Below the pieces are notes generated by a model. It did no database searches, was not told the DNA's origin, and saw only the letters and a list, made by a program, of their open reading frames with translations. 64,000 nt of DNA from an uncultured Candidatus Saccharibacteria bacterium (GTDB taxonomy: Bacteria > Patescibacteriota > Saccharimonadia > Saccharimonadales > JALRHH01). Below are positions 18,959 through 28,322 of this stretch, in pieces. The translations under genes and the position numbers were made by a program. The stretch covers positions 7,816-71,815 of the forward strand of contig CAYYUY010000005.1 of assembly GCA_964474995.1 (NCBI GenBank). The letters run 5' to 3'. Positions within the stretch are counted from its first letter, which is position 1. Every line of letters begins with the position of its first letter.

Positions 18959-19450
18959 ATGGCCGAACAATCAGTGACCACCGAGCAAGCATTTGACCTC
19001 GCATGGCAGGCAGAGATGCATCACATCGATGCTTATGTTGGCTATCCGGACGTCCAGCAAGACATCCTTGCAACGCGTGCAGCCGAATTACTTGCACCTT
19101 CAGTTGAGACCGTACAGCCAGACATACCCAAGACCATCTATTTAGCGACGAGCGAGCCCGTCATCATGCATGCAGCTCGAACGGGCAGAGAAACAGAACG
19201 CACAGACAAGATCGGCCAGATAATTGCAAAAAACCCTCAGATTCATCTCGAGGCAATGCTTGAGCAGCTATCTCAGTTACGGCTTGATCAGCGGACTGCG
19301 GCAGGGCTCGTAGTATCGATATTGCAAGGACATTTTGACGATGATTCAGAGGAAAGGCAGCTACTCGATAAGTCGTGGGACGAGGCAGTCAAAGTGCTTG
19401 ATCGCTTTCGGGGTCATGTCACCCTTGTCAAAACAACAAAAATTAGCTAA
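18959..19450 (+). CDS. hypothetical protein (163 aa)
   Basis: ORF only; acidic, helix-rich. Confidence 0.4.
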   Translation: MAEQSVTTEQAFDLAWQAEMHHIDAYVGYPDVQQDILATRAAELLAPSVETVQPDIPKTIYLATSEPVIMHAARTGRETERTDKIGQIIAKNPQIHLEAMLEQLSQLRLDQRTAAGLVVSILQGHFDDDSEERQLLDKSWDEAVKVLDRFRGHVTLVKTTKIS

Positions 19451-19660
19451 AATAGAGCCTAAGTTGCCAGAGACAGTAGCGGTCTGAAAGGACTTAAGAA
19501 TGCTACCAAGGTACAAACAATCTCTTTATCGAGCGTTTGAACGTCTTTGTGTCACAGCAAAGACGTTTTTGTTTGGCAACGACATTAGTACAAACCAAGG
19601 TCGAAGGTTTGTCGAAACAAATGGCAGTTTTACTCCGGTAAAACCGCGAAAGGGAAATTC
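19451..19660 (+). promoter_or_regulatory. rplJL leader region (candidate L10(L12)4 autoregulatory leader)
   Basis: 210-nt untranslated region with several stem-loops directly upstream of rplJ. Assigned by position only. Confidence 0.25.
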
Positions 19661-20185
19661 ATGGCTTTAACCAAAGACAAGAAGAACGAAGTTGTTGCAG
19701 AAGTTGCTGAGTTACTCGCAAATTCTAAGATGACTGTCGTTGCGGCCTACCAAGGTACTCCTGTAAAAGCACTCCAGGCACTCCGTCGTCAGGGTAATGA
19801 GAACGGCACGCAGTTGAAGGTCGTCAAGAACCGTCTAGTCATCAAGGCTATTCAGGCAAATGACACCCTCAAGGGCGCCGATACCAGCGCACTGACCGGC
19901 ATGCTCCTGTTTGCTTTCAACAGCCAAGACGAGGTAGCTCCTGCGCAAGTGCTTGCGAAGTTTGCCAAGACCCAACCAACTCTCGAATTTGTCGGTGCTA
20001 TTAGCGCTGAAGGCAAGTTCCTGAGCTCTGACGAAGTCAAAGCCCTCGCAACACTCCCAAGCAAGAACGAGCTTATCGCTCAAGTTATTGCAACATTAAC
20101 CTCACCTGTCAATGACGTCATGAGCGGCTTGTCAGGTAATTTGCACGCTTTGCTCGACGGTGTCGAAGCCAAGGCTGCAAACTAA
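19661..20185 (+). CDS. rplJ: 50S ribosomal protein L10
   Basis: MALTKDKKNEVVAEVAELLANSKMTVVAAYQGTPVKALQALRRQ is the canonical L10 N-terminus; directly followed by rplL. Confidence 0.9.
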   Translation: MALTKDKKNEVVAEVAELLANSKMTVVAAYQGTPVKALQALRRQGNENGTQLKVVKNRLVIKAIQANDTLKGADTSALTGMLLFAFNSQDEVAPAQVLAKFAKTQPTLEFVGAISAEGKFLSSDEVKALATLPSKNELIAQVIATLTSPVNDVMSGLSGNLHALLDGVEAKAAN

Positions 20186-20203
20186 CGAAAGGAACCATAA
20201 ATC

Positions 20204-20581
20204 ATGGCAACTGATCTAAAGAAATTTGCAGAACAGCTCGTAGGGCTGACTGTACTCGAAGTTAACGAACTTAAGACTATCCTTAAGGATGAATACAACA
20301 TCGAACCAGCTGCTGCAGCTGTCGCTGTTGCTGGTCCTGCTGCTGAAGCTGGTCCTGCTGCTGACGAGAAGAGCGAATACGACGTTGTTCTCAAAGACGC
20401 TGGCGCCCAGAAGGTTGCAGTTATCAAGGCTGTTAAAGACATCACCGGCCTCGGCCTCGGCGAAGCTAAGGCTCTCGTTGATGGTGTTCCAAGCACAATC
20501 CTTGAAAAAGCTAAGAAGGAAGACGCTGAAACCGCCAAGAAAACTCTTGACGAAGCTGGCGCTACTGCTGAGCTCGTTTAG
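20204..20581 (+). CDS. rplL: 50S ribosomal protein L7/L12
   Basis: [44 protein letters not shown] hinge, and C-terminal domain [54 protein letters not shown]. Confidence 0.95.
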   Translation: MATDLKKFAEQLVGLTVLEVNELKTILKDEYNIEPAAAAVAVAGPAAEAGPAADEKSEYDVVLKDAGAQKVAVIKAVKDITGLGLGEAKALVDGVPSTILEKAKKEDAETAKKTLDEAGATAELV

Positions 20582-20601
20582 TTCATACGAACTGTACGTA
20601 C

Positions 20602-20629
20602 AAAAACCGCTCCACTGAGGGCGGTTTTT
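20602..20629 (+). terminator. rho-independent terminator after rplL
   Basis: aaaaaCCGCTCcactgaGGGCGGttttt hairpin with flanking A and T runs. Confidence 0.6.
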
Positions 20630-20765
20630 GTTATCGATACGTATATTAGAATCTAAACTTAACTTGGTGAATTATCCACAGACTCATTCAAATATTTTGA
20701 CTTCTTATATATGGGCGTGATACCGTAAAGCCATAAAGTGTTCGAGAGACACTGGAAGAAAAGAA

Positions 20766-21275
20766 ATGGCAGACGTACCAGAAAAACAAATCAAACGATT
20801 AAAGAGCCTTATACAAGAGGCAGAAACTAGTTTGGCAGCAGCCAAAGAGCTTTTGCTGTCCCTCGTCGGTGAAGACGAGCTTGTTTCTAATATCGCTCAC
20901 GATGATCAACTCGGCAAAATCATCGAAGGTGTATTTGATGGCCAAAACATGGTTGGCTCAGATGCCAAAACATACCCGGTACCTGCCAACTACGCCAGCA
21001 AGTCCAAACTCGTCCAAGGTGACATCCTCAAGCTCACCATCGCTGATGATGGTACATTCCTCTACAAGCAGATCGGTCCAATCCCTCGCAAGCAAGTCGT
21101 CGGTGTCCTTATCCAGGAAAATGGTCACTACTACGTCGATGTTGCAACACACAAGTACCGCGTACTCCTCGCCAGCGTTACCTATTTCAAGGCTAAGCCA
21201 GGCGACCAAGTCAGTGTCAACCTCCCCGAAGATGACAACCACGCCGAGTGGGCTGCACTTGAAGCTGCTCTCTAG
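20766..21275 (+). CDS. hypothetical protein (169 aa)
   Basis: ORF with GAGA-rich RBS region; no recognisable motif. Confidence 0.45.
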   Translation: MADVPEKQIKRLKSLIQEAETSLAAAKELLLSLVGEDELVSNIAHDDQLGKIIEGVFDGQNMVGSDAKTYPVPANYASKSKLVQGDILKLTIADDGTFLYKQIGPIPRKQVVGVLIQENGHYYVDVATHKYRVLLASVTYFKAKPGDQVSVNLPEDDNHAEWAALEAAL

Positions 21276-21311
21276 TAGCTCTATTCCTGATAATTATCGT
21301 ACAATGTTCAT

Positions 21312-21851
21312 ATGAAAATCACGAAGCGTGACGTTTTTTCTCCAGCCAACGCCAGTAGTTTGCTTGGTCTGGCACTAACAACCTATGGATCGCTTCATAT
21401 TAACTCCTTGAGTGGTGTGCTTGTTATTGGGCTCGGACGCTTCATCGACATATTTGATGGCAAGATTGCCCGCGCTACGCACACAAGCCCGTTTGGAGCG
21501 CTTGTAGACGCCACCTGCGACAAGTTAGGGCTTGCAGTACTTATCCCAGCTGCATGGTTCGGACACGTTGCTCCGTATTGGCTTCTTGGCTATATCCTTA
21601 TTCAAAATGTTGCCAACGTAATCCTCAGTCTCTGGAATGCGGCTCGCGGCGGCAAGCCGACAGCCTCACGGTTTGGCAAACACGCACTGTTTATCCAAAA
21701 CATCAGTCTGGGTAGCTACGCGCTCGGAAATGTCCTCGATAATGAGCTTTTCAAGCTTCTTGGTCTCGTACTTGGTGTTGCTAGTATCATTTGGGCTGTT
21801 CGTGCCACTGTGGGTTATGCAAAAGATTTACCTAAAAAAGTTCGTCCGTAG
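21312..21851 (+). CDS. CDP-alcohol phosphatidyltransferase family protein (PgsA-like)
   Basis: Signature D-G-x2-A-R-x8-G-x3-G-x3-D in RFIDIFDGKIARATHTSPFGALVDATCDKL; multiple TM helices. Confidence 0.7.
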   Translation: MKITKRDVFSPANASSLLGLALTTYGSLHINSLSGVLVIGLGRFIDIFDGKIARATHTSPFGALVDATCDKLGLAVLIPAAWFGHVAPYWLLGYILIQNVANVILSLWNAARGGKPTASRFGKHALFIQNISLGSYALGNVLDNELFKLLGLVLGVASIIWAVRATVGYAKDLPKKVRP

Positions 21852-21901
21852 CAGAAATTACAGCCCCGGCGCAGCCATAACTGGTGTATGCTTAATAGGA
21901 A

Positions 21902-23395
21902 ATGGGACAGGCACTATACCGAAAGTATCGTTCGAAGTCACTGGCTGAGATCATCGGTCAAGAACATGTGACGACAACGCTCGCAAACGCACTCAAAAAG
22001 GGCAGTGTTAGTCATGCGTATCTCCTCACTGGCCCTCGAGGCGTCGGCAAGACCAGTATTGCTCGTATCCTGGCACACGAAGTGAATAAACTTCCATATA
22101 ACGACGAAGTAACACACCTCGATATTATTGAAATTGATGCCGCCAGCAACAACGGTGTTGAACACGTTCGTGATCTCCGTGAAAAGGCTTACACCACACC
22201 GTCGTCTGCCGCCTACAAGGTCTATATCATCGACGAGGTTCACATGTTATCAAAGCCAGCGTTTAATGCGTTGCTCAAGATACTCGAGGAACCACCAGCA
22301 CATGTCATATTTATTCTGGCAACCACCGAAATCCACAAACTGCCAGAAACAATTATCAGCCGAACACAGCGGTTTACATTCAAATCTGTTGATCAAACCC
22401 AAGTCGTCGCGCACCTCAAAGATATTGCAGCTTCAGAAAAGCTCACTATTAGCGACGATGCTCTAGCCTTGATTGCCCAACACGGTGGCGGTTCTTTCCG
22501 TGACAGCATTGGCCTGCTTGACCAAGTCAGTAATACTGGCAGCAAGATTGCACTCGAAGATGTCCAGCGCATGCTGGGTATTGCGCCAGAAGCGGCTCTC
22601 GCGCAGCTCGTGGACGCCATAACCTCGGGATCAACGCAGGCGATCATTCAAATTGTGTCTCAACTTCGTGGCCAAGGCTATCAAGCGACGCAGTTGGCCA
22701 AACAATTGGCTAACGTTTTTCGTACACAACTTATCGAACAAAATGGTTCACTTGACCGCGCAGTACTAACCAGAGCCCTCAAACAACTGCTCGAAATTCC
22801 AACCAACTACGATCCAGAGACTACCTTTGAGATTGTCTTGATTGAAATTGCACTCCAGATTGACACCAGCGAACAAATTGTCGTGCCCGGGCAGCCCAAG
22901 AAAGCTGTAGCTGCCAAGGTCGCAGAAGTTAAAACACCAGTAATCGAACAGCCTGTCACACGACCAAGCAAACCAAAGCCCGAAGTTGCCACCGCTGAAT
23001 CAGTGGTTATAGAAGACGTCGCGCCTGCAACTCCTCCGAAGGAACTGCAACCATTCGATGACCAACTTTGGGACCAAATACTGTCTGCCGTAAAACGCCA
23101 CCACAACACGCTGTATAGCGTCGTTCGCATGGCAGTTCCGACCATGAGTGACGATTCACTGGTCCTTTCATTCAAATTTGCATTCCACCAACGCAAAATC
23201 AACGATCCGAAGCCAAAGCAGCTTATTGCCCAAACTATTCAAGACCTAACAGGCAAGAATGTCACTGTTTCTTGTGTTGTAGACACCACTGCAAAGGCCC
23301 CAAAACAGCCTGTTCAAGCCGCAGCCAAGCCAGCTGGACAGTCAATTGATACCATAAGCAATATTTTCGGCGGCGCCGAAGTGTTAGAATCCTAA
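21902..23395 (+). CDS. dnaX: DNA polymerase III subunit gamma/tau (short form)
   Basis: YRKYRSKSLAEIIGQEHV...LLTGPRGVGKTSIARILAHEVN; clamp-loader motifs DEVHMLS and SRTQRF. Confidence 0.9.
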   Translation: MGQALYRKYRSKSLAEIIGQEHVTTTLANALKKGSVSHAYLLTGPRGVGKTSIARILAHEVNKLPYNDEVTHLDIIEIDAASNNGVEHVRDLREKAYTTPSSAAYKVYIIDEVHMLSKPAFNALLKILEEPPAHVIFILATTEIHKLPETIISRTQRFTFKSVDQTQVVAHLKDIAASEKLTISDDALALIAQHGGGSFRDSIGLLDQVSNTGSKIALEDVQRMLGIAPEAALAQLVDAITSGSTQAIIQIVSQLRGQGYQATQLAKQLANVFRTQLIEQNGSLDRAVLTRALKQLLEIPTNYDPETTFEIVLIEIALQIDTSEQIVVPGQPKKAVAAKVAEVKTPVIEQPVTRPSKPKPEVATAESVVIEDVAPATPPKELQPFDDQLWDQILSAVKRHHNTLYSVVRMAVPTMSDDSLVLSFKFAFHQRKINDPKPKQLIAQTIQDLTGKNVTVSCVVDTTAKAPKQPVQAAAKPAGQSIDTISNIFGGAEVLES

Positions 23396-23401
23396 GTAAC
23401 T

Positions 23402-24778
23402 ATGGCAGGACGGGACAACCACACGGAGGGGGCCAAGCTTCCTCCCCAGAACTTAGACGCTGAGGCCAGTCTTCTCGGTGCAGTTCTGATTGATACTGAT
23501 GCAATTGTAAAAATTGCTGACAGTGTTAGCCCAAATGACTTCTACGACGAACGTCACAAACATATTTTTGAGGCAGTCCTACACCTATACGAACGCCACA
23601 GCCCAATTGATGTGTTAACGCTGTCCGACCAACTCAGGGGCACGGGATTCCTTGATGTTATCGGTGGTCCAGCGTATCTGACCGAACTTACTAACTTTGT
23701 ACCGACCGCCACGCATGTTGAACAGTACGCTGAAATCGTGGCACAAAAATCAATGCGACGTCGCTTGATCAAGGCGTCTCAGGGTATCGTAGGCCTTGGC
23801 TATGATGAAGGTCGCACACTCCAAGAACTTATTGAAGAAGCAGAGACATCACTCTTTGAAGTCAGTCAACAGCACGTCAAACAAGACATCTCAAGCATCG
23901 AAACTATTTTGTCTGAAAGTTTTGACCGTCTCGATGAGCTCCACAAGGATAAAGGCAAACTCCGTGGTGTACCGACCGGTTTCCGTGATATGGATAACAT
24001 CCTTGCTGGACTACAGAAGTCTGACCTATTTATCCTGGCTGCTCGTCCATCAATGGGTAAGACCGCTTTTGCACTAAACTTGGCCCACAACGTGGCCGTG
24101 AAGAGCAACGAAGCTGTACTACTGTTTAGTCTCGAAATGAGTAAAGAACAGCTGGTCGACCGCATGTTGTCTATGGAATCAGGCGTTGATGCCTGGGCAC
24201 TTCGTACTGGTAACCTGACCGACACCGACTTCGAAAAGATCGGACAAGCGATGGGTACACTGTCTGAGGCCCCAATTTTCATTGATGATAGCGCCGGTAT
24301 CACCGTCAGTGATATGCGTACCAAAGCACGCCGTGAAGCACATATTCGTCCGCTTGGCCTGATCATCGTCGACTACCTGCAGCTCATGAGTGGTGGATCA
24401 CGCTTTGGTGGTGACGGCAACCGTGTACAAGAAATTTCTGAGATATCTCGTGGACTGAAGGGGATTGCTCGCGAACTCAACGTGCCAGTGATTGCGCTCA
24501 GTCAGCTGAGTCGTTCAGTCGAAAGTCGCAGCCCACAGATTCCACAACTGTCTGACCTTCGTGAATCGGGTTCAATTGAGCAAGATGCTGACGTCGTGGC
24601 GTTTATTTACCGTGAAGAGTATTACAACCCAGAATCTGAGCGAAAAAACTTGACTGATATCTTTATTAAGAAGCATCGTAACGGACCAACTGGCGCAGTC
24701 GAACTTTACTTTGACCGTGACAAACAGCGCTTCAGAAGTCTCGATACGCGCCGTAGCAGTACTCCATTCGACGAATAA
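23402..24778 (+). CDS. dnaB: replicative DNA helicase DnaB
   Basis: N-terminal PPQNLDAEASLLGAVLID; Walker A AARPSMGKTAFALN; Walker B IIVDYLQLM; RecA-like C-terminal domain. Confidence 0.9.
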   Translation: MAGRDNHTEGAKLPPQNLDAEASLLGAVLIDTDAIVKIADSVSPNDFYDERHKHIFEAVLHLYERHSPIDVLTLSDQLRGTGFLDVIGGPAYLTELTNFVPTATHVEQYAEIVAQKSMRRRLIKASQGIVGLGYDEGRTLQELIEEAETSLFEVSQQHVKQDISSIETILSESFDRLDELHKDKGKLRGVPTGFRDMDNILAGLQKSDLFILAARPSMGKTAFALNLAHNVAVKSNEAVLLFSLEMSKEQLVDRMLSMESGVDAWALRTGNLTDTDFEKIGQAMGTLSEAPIFIDDSAGITVSDMRTKARREAHIRPLGLIIVDYLQLMSGGSRFGGDGNRVQEISEISRGLKGIARELNVPVIALSQLSRSVESRSPQIPQLSDLRESGSIEQDADVVAFIYREEYYNPESERKNLTDIFIKKHRNGPTGAVELYFDRDKQRFRSLDTRRSSTPFDE

Positions 24779-24830
24779 TTCTCATTAATACTACCCACCG
24801 ACCTCGGTATACCGTATACTATTATCAATA

Positions 24831-26054
24831 ATGAGACGTTTACTAAAGCGTTCGCTTGAGACAATCGAACAATACTGGGTAGGGACACTAATGCTAGTGG
24901 GCACCATTGGTGTGGTATCAATGCCGCTGTGGTTTCGACTTGGCACGTTGACCAATGGTTTATCTATGGCCGAGATGCAACTTCGCTTGCAGGCAACTGC
25001 GCATCAGATCAGCTTGCATGGTATTTTGCATGATCCTTTTTTCCTACTCTACAAAATTGGCCTCTATATTCTACAGTTCATCCCACTGCACGGTGGGGGT
25101 AGCCTGCGTTCTATCAGTGCACTACTTGGCCTGGTTGGTATCATCGGTTTTTATTGGATCGTACGTATCTGGTATACGCGTCGTTTAGCGGTACTTTCTA
25201 CCGTGTTGTTTGCTTCAAGTTCGTGGCTGTTACACGTCGCCCGCTACGCCTCGATTGATAGCATGTACATTTTTCTGTTTGTCATTCTCGCAGCCTGGAC
25301 ATGGGTCAAGCGTGGTTCATACAACAGGCTGGCATTTGCATTTGCCCTGTTTGCAACCATACTCGGGCTCTATGTGCCGGGATTTATATGGTTCATCATC
25401 CCAGCAATTATCTGGCAGCGTAAAACCATCCGTAAGGCCTACCAAAGAATTCCATTGCCAGTCCTAATACCAGCCGTGCTTATTGGACTCGTGATGCTTG
25501 TACCGCTTATTATTGCGTTTGTTGCGCCTTCTATTCATGCATCTGCCAGCGGCAATATTCGTGAATTCTTCGGCCTCCCAAATGTCTTCCCATCGTTACG
25601 TCACTTCATTGGTAATTTCCTTAGCATTCCGCTGCAACTATTCGTCATTTCACCAGCTAGCTCACTGCTCAGTGTCGGTCGCTTGCCATTACTCGACATC
25701 TTTACCAGTGCCATGGTACTAATCGGTGCTATCCACCTTGGCTTCAACTATCGTCTCGACCGCAGTAAAATTGTGTTTAGCATCCTTATTATTGGTAGTC
25801 TGCTGATTGCACTCGGCGGCCCAGTACACATATCACTACTACTACCGTTCTTGTATCTACTCGCCGCCGAAGGGATTGGCTACTTGCTCAAGGAATGGCT
25901 CCGAATCTTCCCACGCAACCCATTTGCACGCTCAATGGGTGTTGGCGTTATCGCAGTTGCCATTATAATCTCGTGTGCATTCCAGCTTAGCAGCTACTTT
26001 GTAGCCTGGCCACACACCAACCTCGTTAAGTCATCGTTCACCCAGCACCCCTGA
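24831..26054 (+). CDS. polytopic integral membrane protein (possible GT-C-fold glycosyltransferase, PMT/ArnT-like)
   Basis: At least 10 hydrophobic helices across 407 aa; no soluble domain. The family call rests on topology only. Confidence 0.45.
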   Translation: MRRLLKRSLETIEQYWVGTLMLVGTIGVVSMPLWFRLGTLTNGLSMAEMQLRLQATAHQISLHGILHDPFFLLYKIGLYILQFIPLHGGGSLRSISALLGLVGIIGFYWIVRIWYTRRLAVLSTVLFASSSWLLHVARYASIDSMYIFLFVILAAWTWVKRGSYNRLAFAFALFATILGLYVPGFIWFIIPAIIWQRKTIRKAYQRIPLPVLIPAVLIGLVMLVPLIIAFVAPSIHASASGNIREFFGLPNVFPSLRHFIGNFLSIPLQLFVISPASSLLSVGRLPLLDIFTSAMVLIGAIHLGFNYRLDRSKIVFSILIIGSLLIALGGPVHISLLLPFLYLLAAEGIGYLLKEWLRIFPRNPFARSMGVGVIAVAIIISCAFQLSSYFVAWPHTNLVKSSFTQHP

Positions 26055-26094
26055 TGCTGTACAATTAATACCAGTCTACTAAAGGAGTTACATT

Positions 26095-26388
26095 ATGAGC
26101 CGTTTTGACCAAGCCAAGATGCTATTACAGGTAAAGAAGCTGCAGAAAGAATTGCAGAAAATGATTATTGAAGTTGAAAAGGGTGACGGCGCAGTACGTG
26201 TCGAGATCAGCGGCGACCAAAAGATCAAGAAGATCAACATTGATCCTGATTTTGTGGATCTTGATGATATCGGCATGCTTGAGCGTTGGCTCGAAGATGC
26301 TGTAAAAGAAGCCATTCAGGAAAGCCAGAAGATTGCTGCCGAGAAAATGCAGCCAATGATGGGCGCCCTCGGCAACCTCGGACTCTAA
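26095..26388 (+). CDS. ybaB: nucleoid-associated protein YbaB/EbfC
   Basis: 97 aa, MSRFDQAKMLLQVKKLQKELQKMIIEVEKGDGAVRVEISGDQKIKKINIDPDF; conserved position between dnaX/dnaB and recR. Confidence 0.85.
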   Translation: MSRFDQAKMLLQVKKLQKELQKMIIEVEKGDGAVRVEISGDQKIKKINIDPDFVDLDDIGMLERWLEDAVKEAIQESQKIAAEKMQPMMGALGNLGL

Positions 26389-26394
26389 TCTCGT

Positions 26395-27006
26395 ATGGCT
26401 GTACAGATTCTGCCACCTGCTCTCGAGGAGTTGATTACTGCGCTTGGCGCACTGCCAGGTGTTGGGCCACGTACCGCCGAACGGTATGCTTACTATCTGC
26501 TAAAAGCCGACAATAACACCGGACACCGTCTCAGTAGCGCCATATCAAACCTACATGACCGCGTCAGCTACTGCCACAAGACATTTGCGCTGATTGAGGC
26601 TGGCAAAGAACTGTCTGATCTTTATACTGACCCTTCGCGTGACAAACAGCTCGTCGCAGTCGTGGCCGAGCCATTCGACATACCAGCCCTTGAGAAAACA
26701 GGGCAGTTTAAAGGCACATATCATGTCCTTGGTGGCCTTGTATCACCAATCGACGGCATTGGGCCGCAACAACTACATATCGCCGAACTCGTGAAGCGTA
26801 TTGACGACGATAAAGTCTCTGAAATTATTCTCGCGACCAATGCCAGTGTTGAAGGCGAGTCAACAGCACTCTACATCCAGCAGCAAATTGGCGATCGCAA
26901 GGTCAAAATCACTCGTTTGGCTCGCGGTTTGTCTGTTGGTGTTGATCTAGAATATGCCGACCAAATCACGCTTGGGCGAGCACTCGAAGACCGACAGACT
27001 ATCTAG
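26395..27006 (+). CDS. recR: recombination protein RecR (zinc-finger Cys ligands apparently lost)
   Basis: HhH motif LPGVGPRTAERYAYYLL; Toprim region VVAEPFDIPALEKTGQFKGTYHVLGG. Only one Cys where the C4 finger is expected. Confidence 0.85.
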   Translation: MAVQILPPALEELITALGALPGVGPRTAERYAYYLLKADNNTGHRLSSAISNLHDRVSYCHKTFALIEAGKELSDLYTDPSRDKQLVAVVAEPFDIPALEKTGQFKGTYHVLGGLVSPIDGIGPQQLHIAELVKRIDDDKVSEIILATNASVEGESTALYIQQQIGDRKVKITRLARGLSVGVDLEYADQITLGRALEDRQTI

Positions 27007-27266
27007 TCAAACTTCGAGAAACGTTGGACTTGTTGACCGTTCCATTCAACAGTTTCTGTCCAGACTGCAAGTGGCCGAACAAATGACACCTCGGGGTGGA
27101 GCAGGGGCGTATAGACCACTGCCAAACCGTTTCCTTCTTCCATGACAACAATGTCACGGATCGTGTATTCGCCGCCCTTGTAGTGGCGCCATTTGCTGCC
27201 GGGAACGACTTGTGTCCGCGCCTCGGTAACCATTGCTTCTAATGTTTCGTAACTGAGTTTATCCAT
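27003..27266 (-). CDS. DUF1653-family small protein
   Basis: WRHYKGGEYTI motif characteristic of DUF1653; 87 aa. Confidence 0.55.
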   Translation of the reverse strand: MDKLSYETLEAMVTEARTQVVPGSKWRHYKGGEYTIRDIVVMEEGNGLAVVYTPLLHPEVSFVRPLAVWTETVEWNGQQVQRFSKFD

Positions 27267-27318
27267 ATACTTAAGTCTACCAGAGACGTTTCAGAGGTAA
27301 ACTGCTAAAATAGAGCTA

Positions 27319-28320
27319 ATGAACGACCAAATCAAAAATATTGTCGACAATGCAAAGCGGATTGTTATCCTCCAAGCCGATAATCCGGATGCCGATAGCC
27401 TGGGTAGCGCATTGGCGCTTGAGCAGATCCTTAGCAATGCTGGCAAGGACGTTTACTTGTACTGTGCAGTCGACATACCAAACTATCTTCGCTATCTATC
27501 CGGCTGGGATCGAATCAACTCCGACATACCATCACAGTTTGATGCGAGTATTATTGTCGATGCCTCAACGCTCTCACTATTTGAGCGTCTGACAGAGTCC
27601 GGTAGCCAAGGCTGGGTGGCTAGCAAACCATGTGTCGTGCTTGACCACCACAACACCACTGACAATTCCATTACATTTGCGAATGTAATTCTTAATGAAC
27701 CAGGCAAAAGCTCAACGGGTGAAGTTATCTATACACTTGCCAAAGCTCTTGATTGGCCACTTGATGATGTAGCCGGCGCATTCCTCATGACGTCTATCCT
27801 CGGTGACACCCAAGGCCTGACTAACGACCTGACCAAGCCAGAAACCTACCGCGTGATGGCTGACTTGGCCGAGCTCGGCGTCAATCGCCCCATACTTGAA
27901 GAGCAGCGCCGTGAAGCAAGCAAAATGGAACAAGTAATCTATAAATACAAAGCAACGTTGATTGATCGTACTGAGTTTCACCATGATAATCAAATCGCTA
28001 CAGTCAGTATTCCGCAGGTTGAAATCAACGAATACAGCCCACTGTATAATCCTGGACCACTTATTCAGGGTGACATGCTACAAGTAAAGGGCCTTCGCGT
28101 TGGTATCGTCTTTAAGACGTACGATGATGGTCGCGTAACTGGTATGATTCGCTGCAACCCAAATGCGCCAATTGGTGCACTAATTGCCAAGCAATTTGGT
28201 GGTGGTGGTCATGACTATGCGAGCGGTTTTAAGATCACGAGTGGAAAACCGTTCAATGAGATCAAGTCCGAGTGTATTGAGTTTGCGACGCAACTCCTCA
28301 ATAATCTTGATAAGGAATAA
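27319..28320 (+). CDS. nrnA: DHH/DHHA1 phosphoesterase (NrnA-like nanoRNase / pAp phosphatase)
   Basis: DHH motif VLDHHNTTDN; DHHA1 GGGGH motif (QFGGGGHDYASGF). Confidence 0.8.
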   Translation: MNDQIKNIVDNAKRIVILQADNPDADSLGSALALEQILSNAGKDVYLYCAVDIPNYLRYLSGWDRINSDIPSQFDASIIVDASTLSLFERLTESGSQGWVASKPCVVLDHHNTTDNSITFANVILNEPGKSSTGEVIYTLAKALDWPLDDVAGAFLMTSILGDTQGLTNDLTKPETYRVMADLAELGVNRPILEEQRREASKMEQVIYKYKATLIDRTEFHHDNQIATVSIPQVEINEYSPLYNPGPLIQGDMLQVKGLRVGIVFKTYDDGRVTGMIRCNPNAPIGALIAKQFGGGGHDYASGFKITSGKPFNEIKSECIEFATQLLNNLDKE

Positions 28321-28322
28321 TC

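Noticed and set aside
24955-25722. Short alternative-frame ORFs inside the 12-TM membrane protein gene (24955-25188, 25210-25467, 25498-25722) and inside cyoB/cyoA
   Set aside because: These are frame shadows within continuous hydrophobic coding sequence of a single long ORF, with no independent start-site support.
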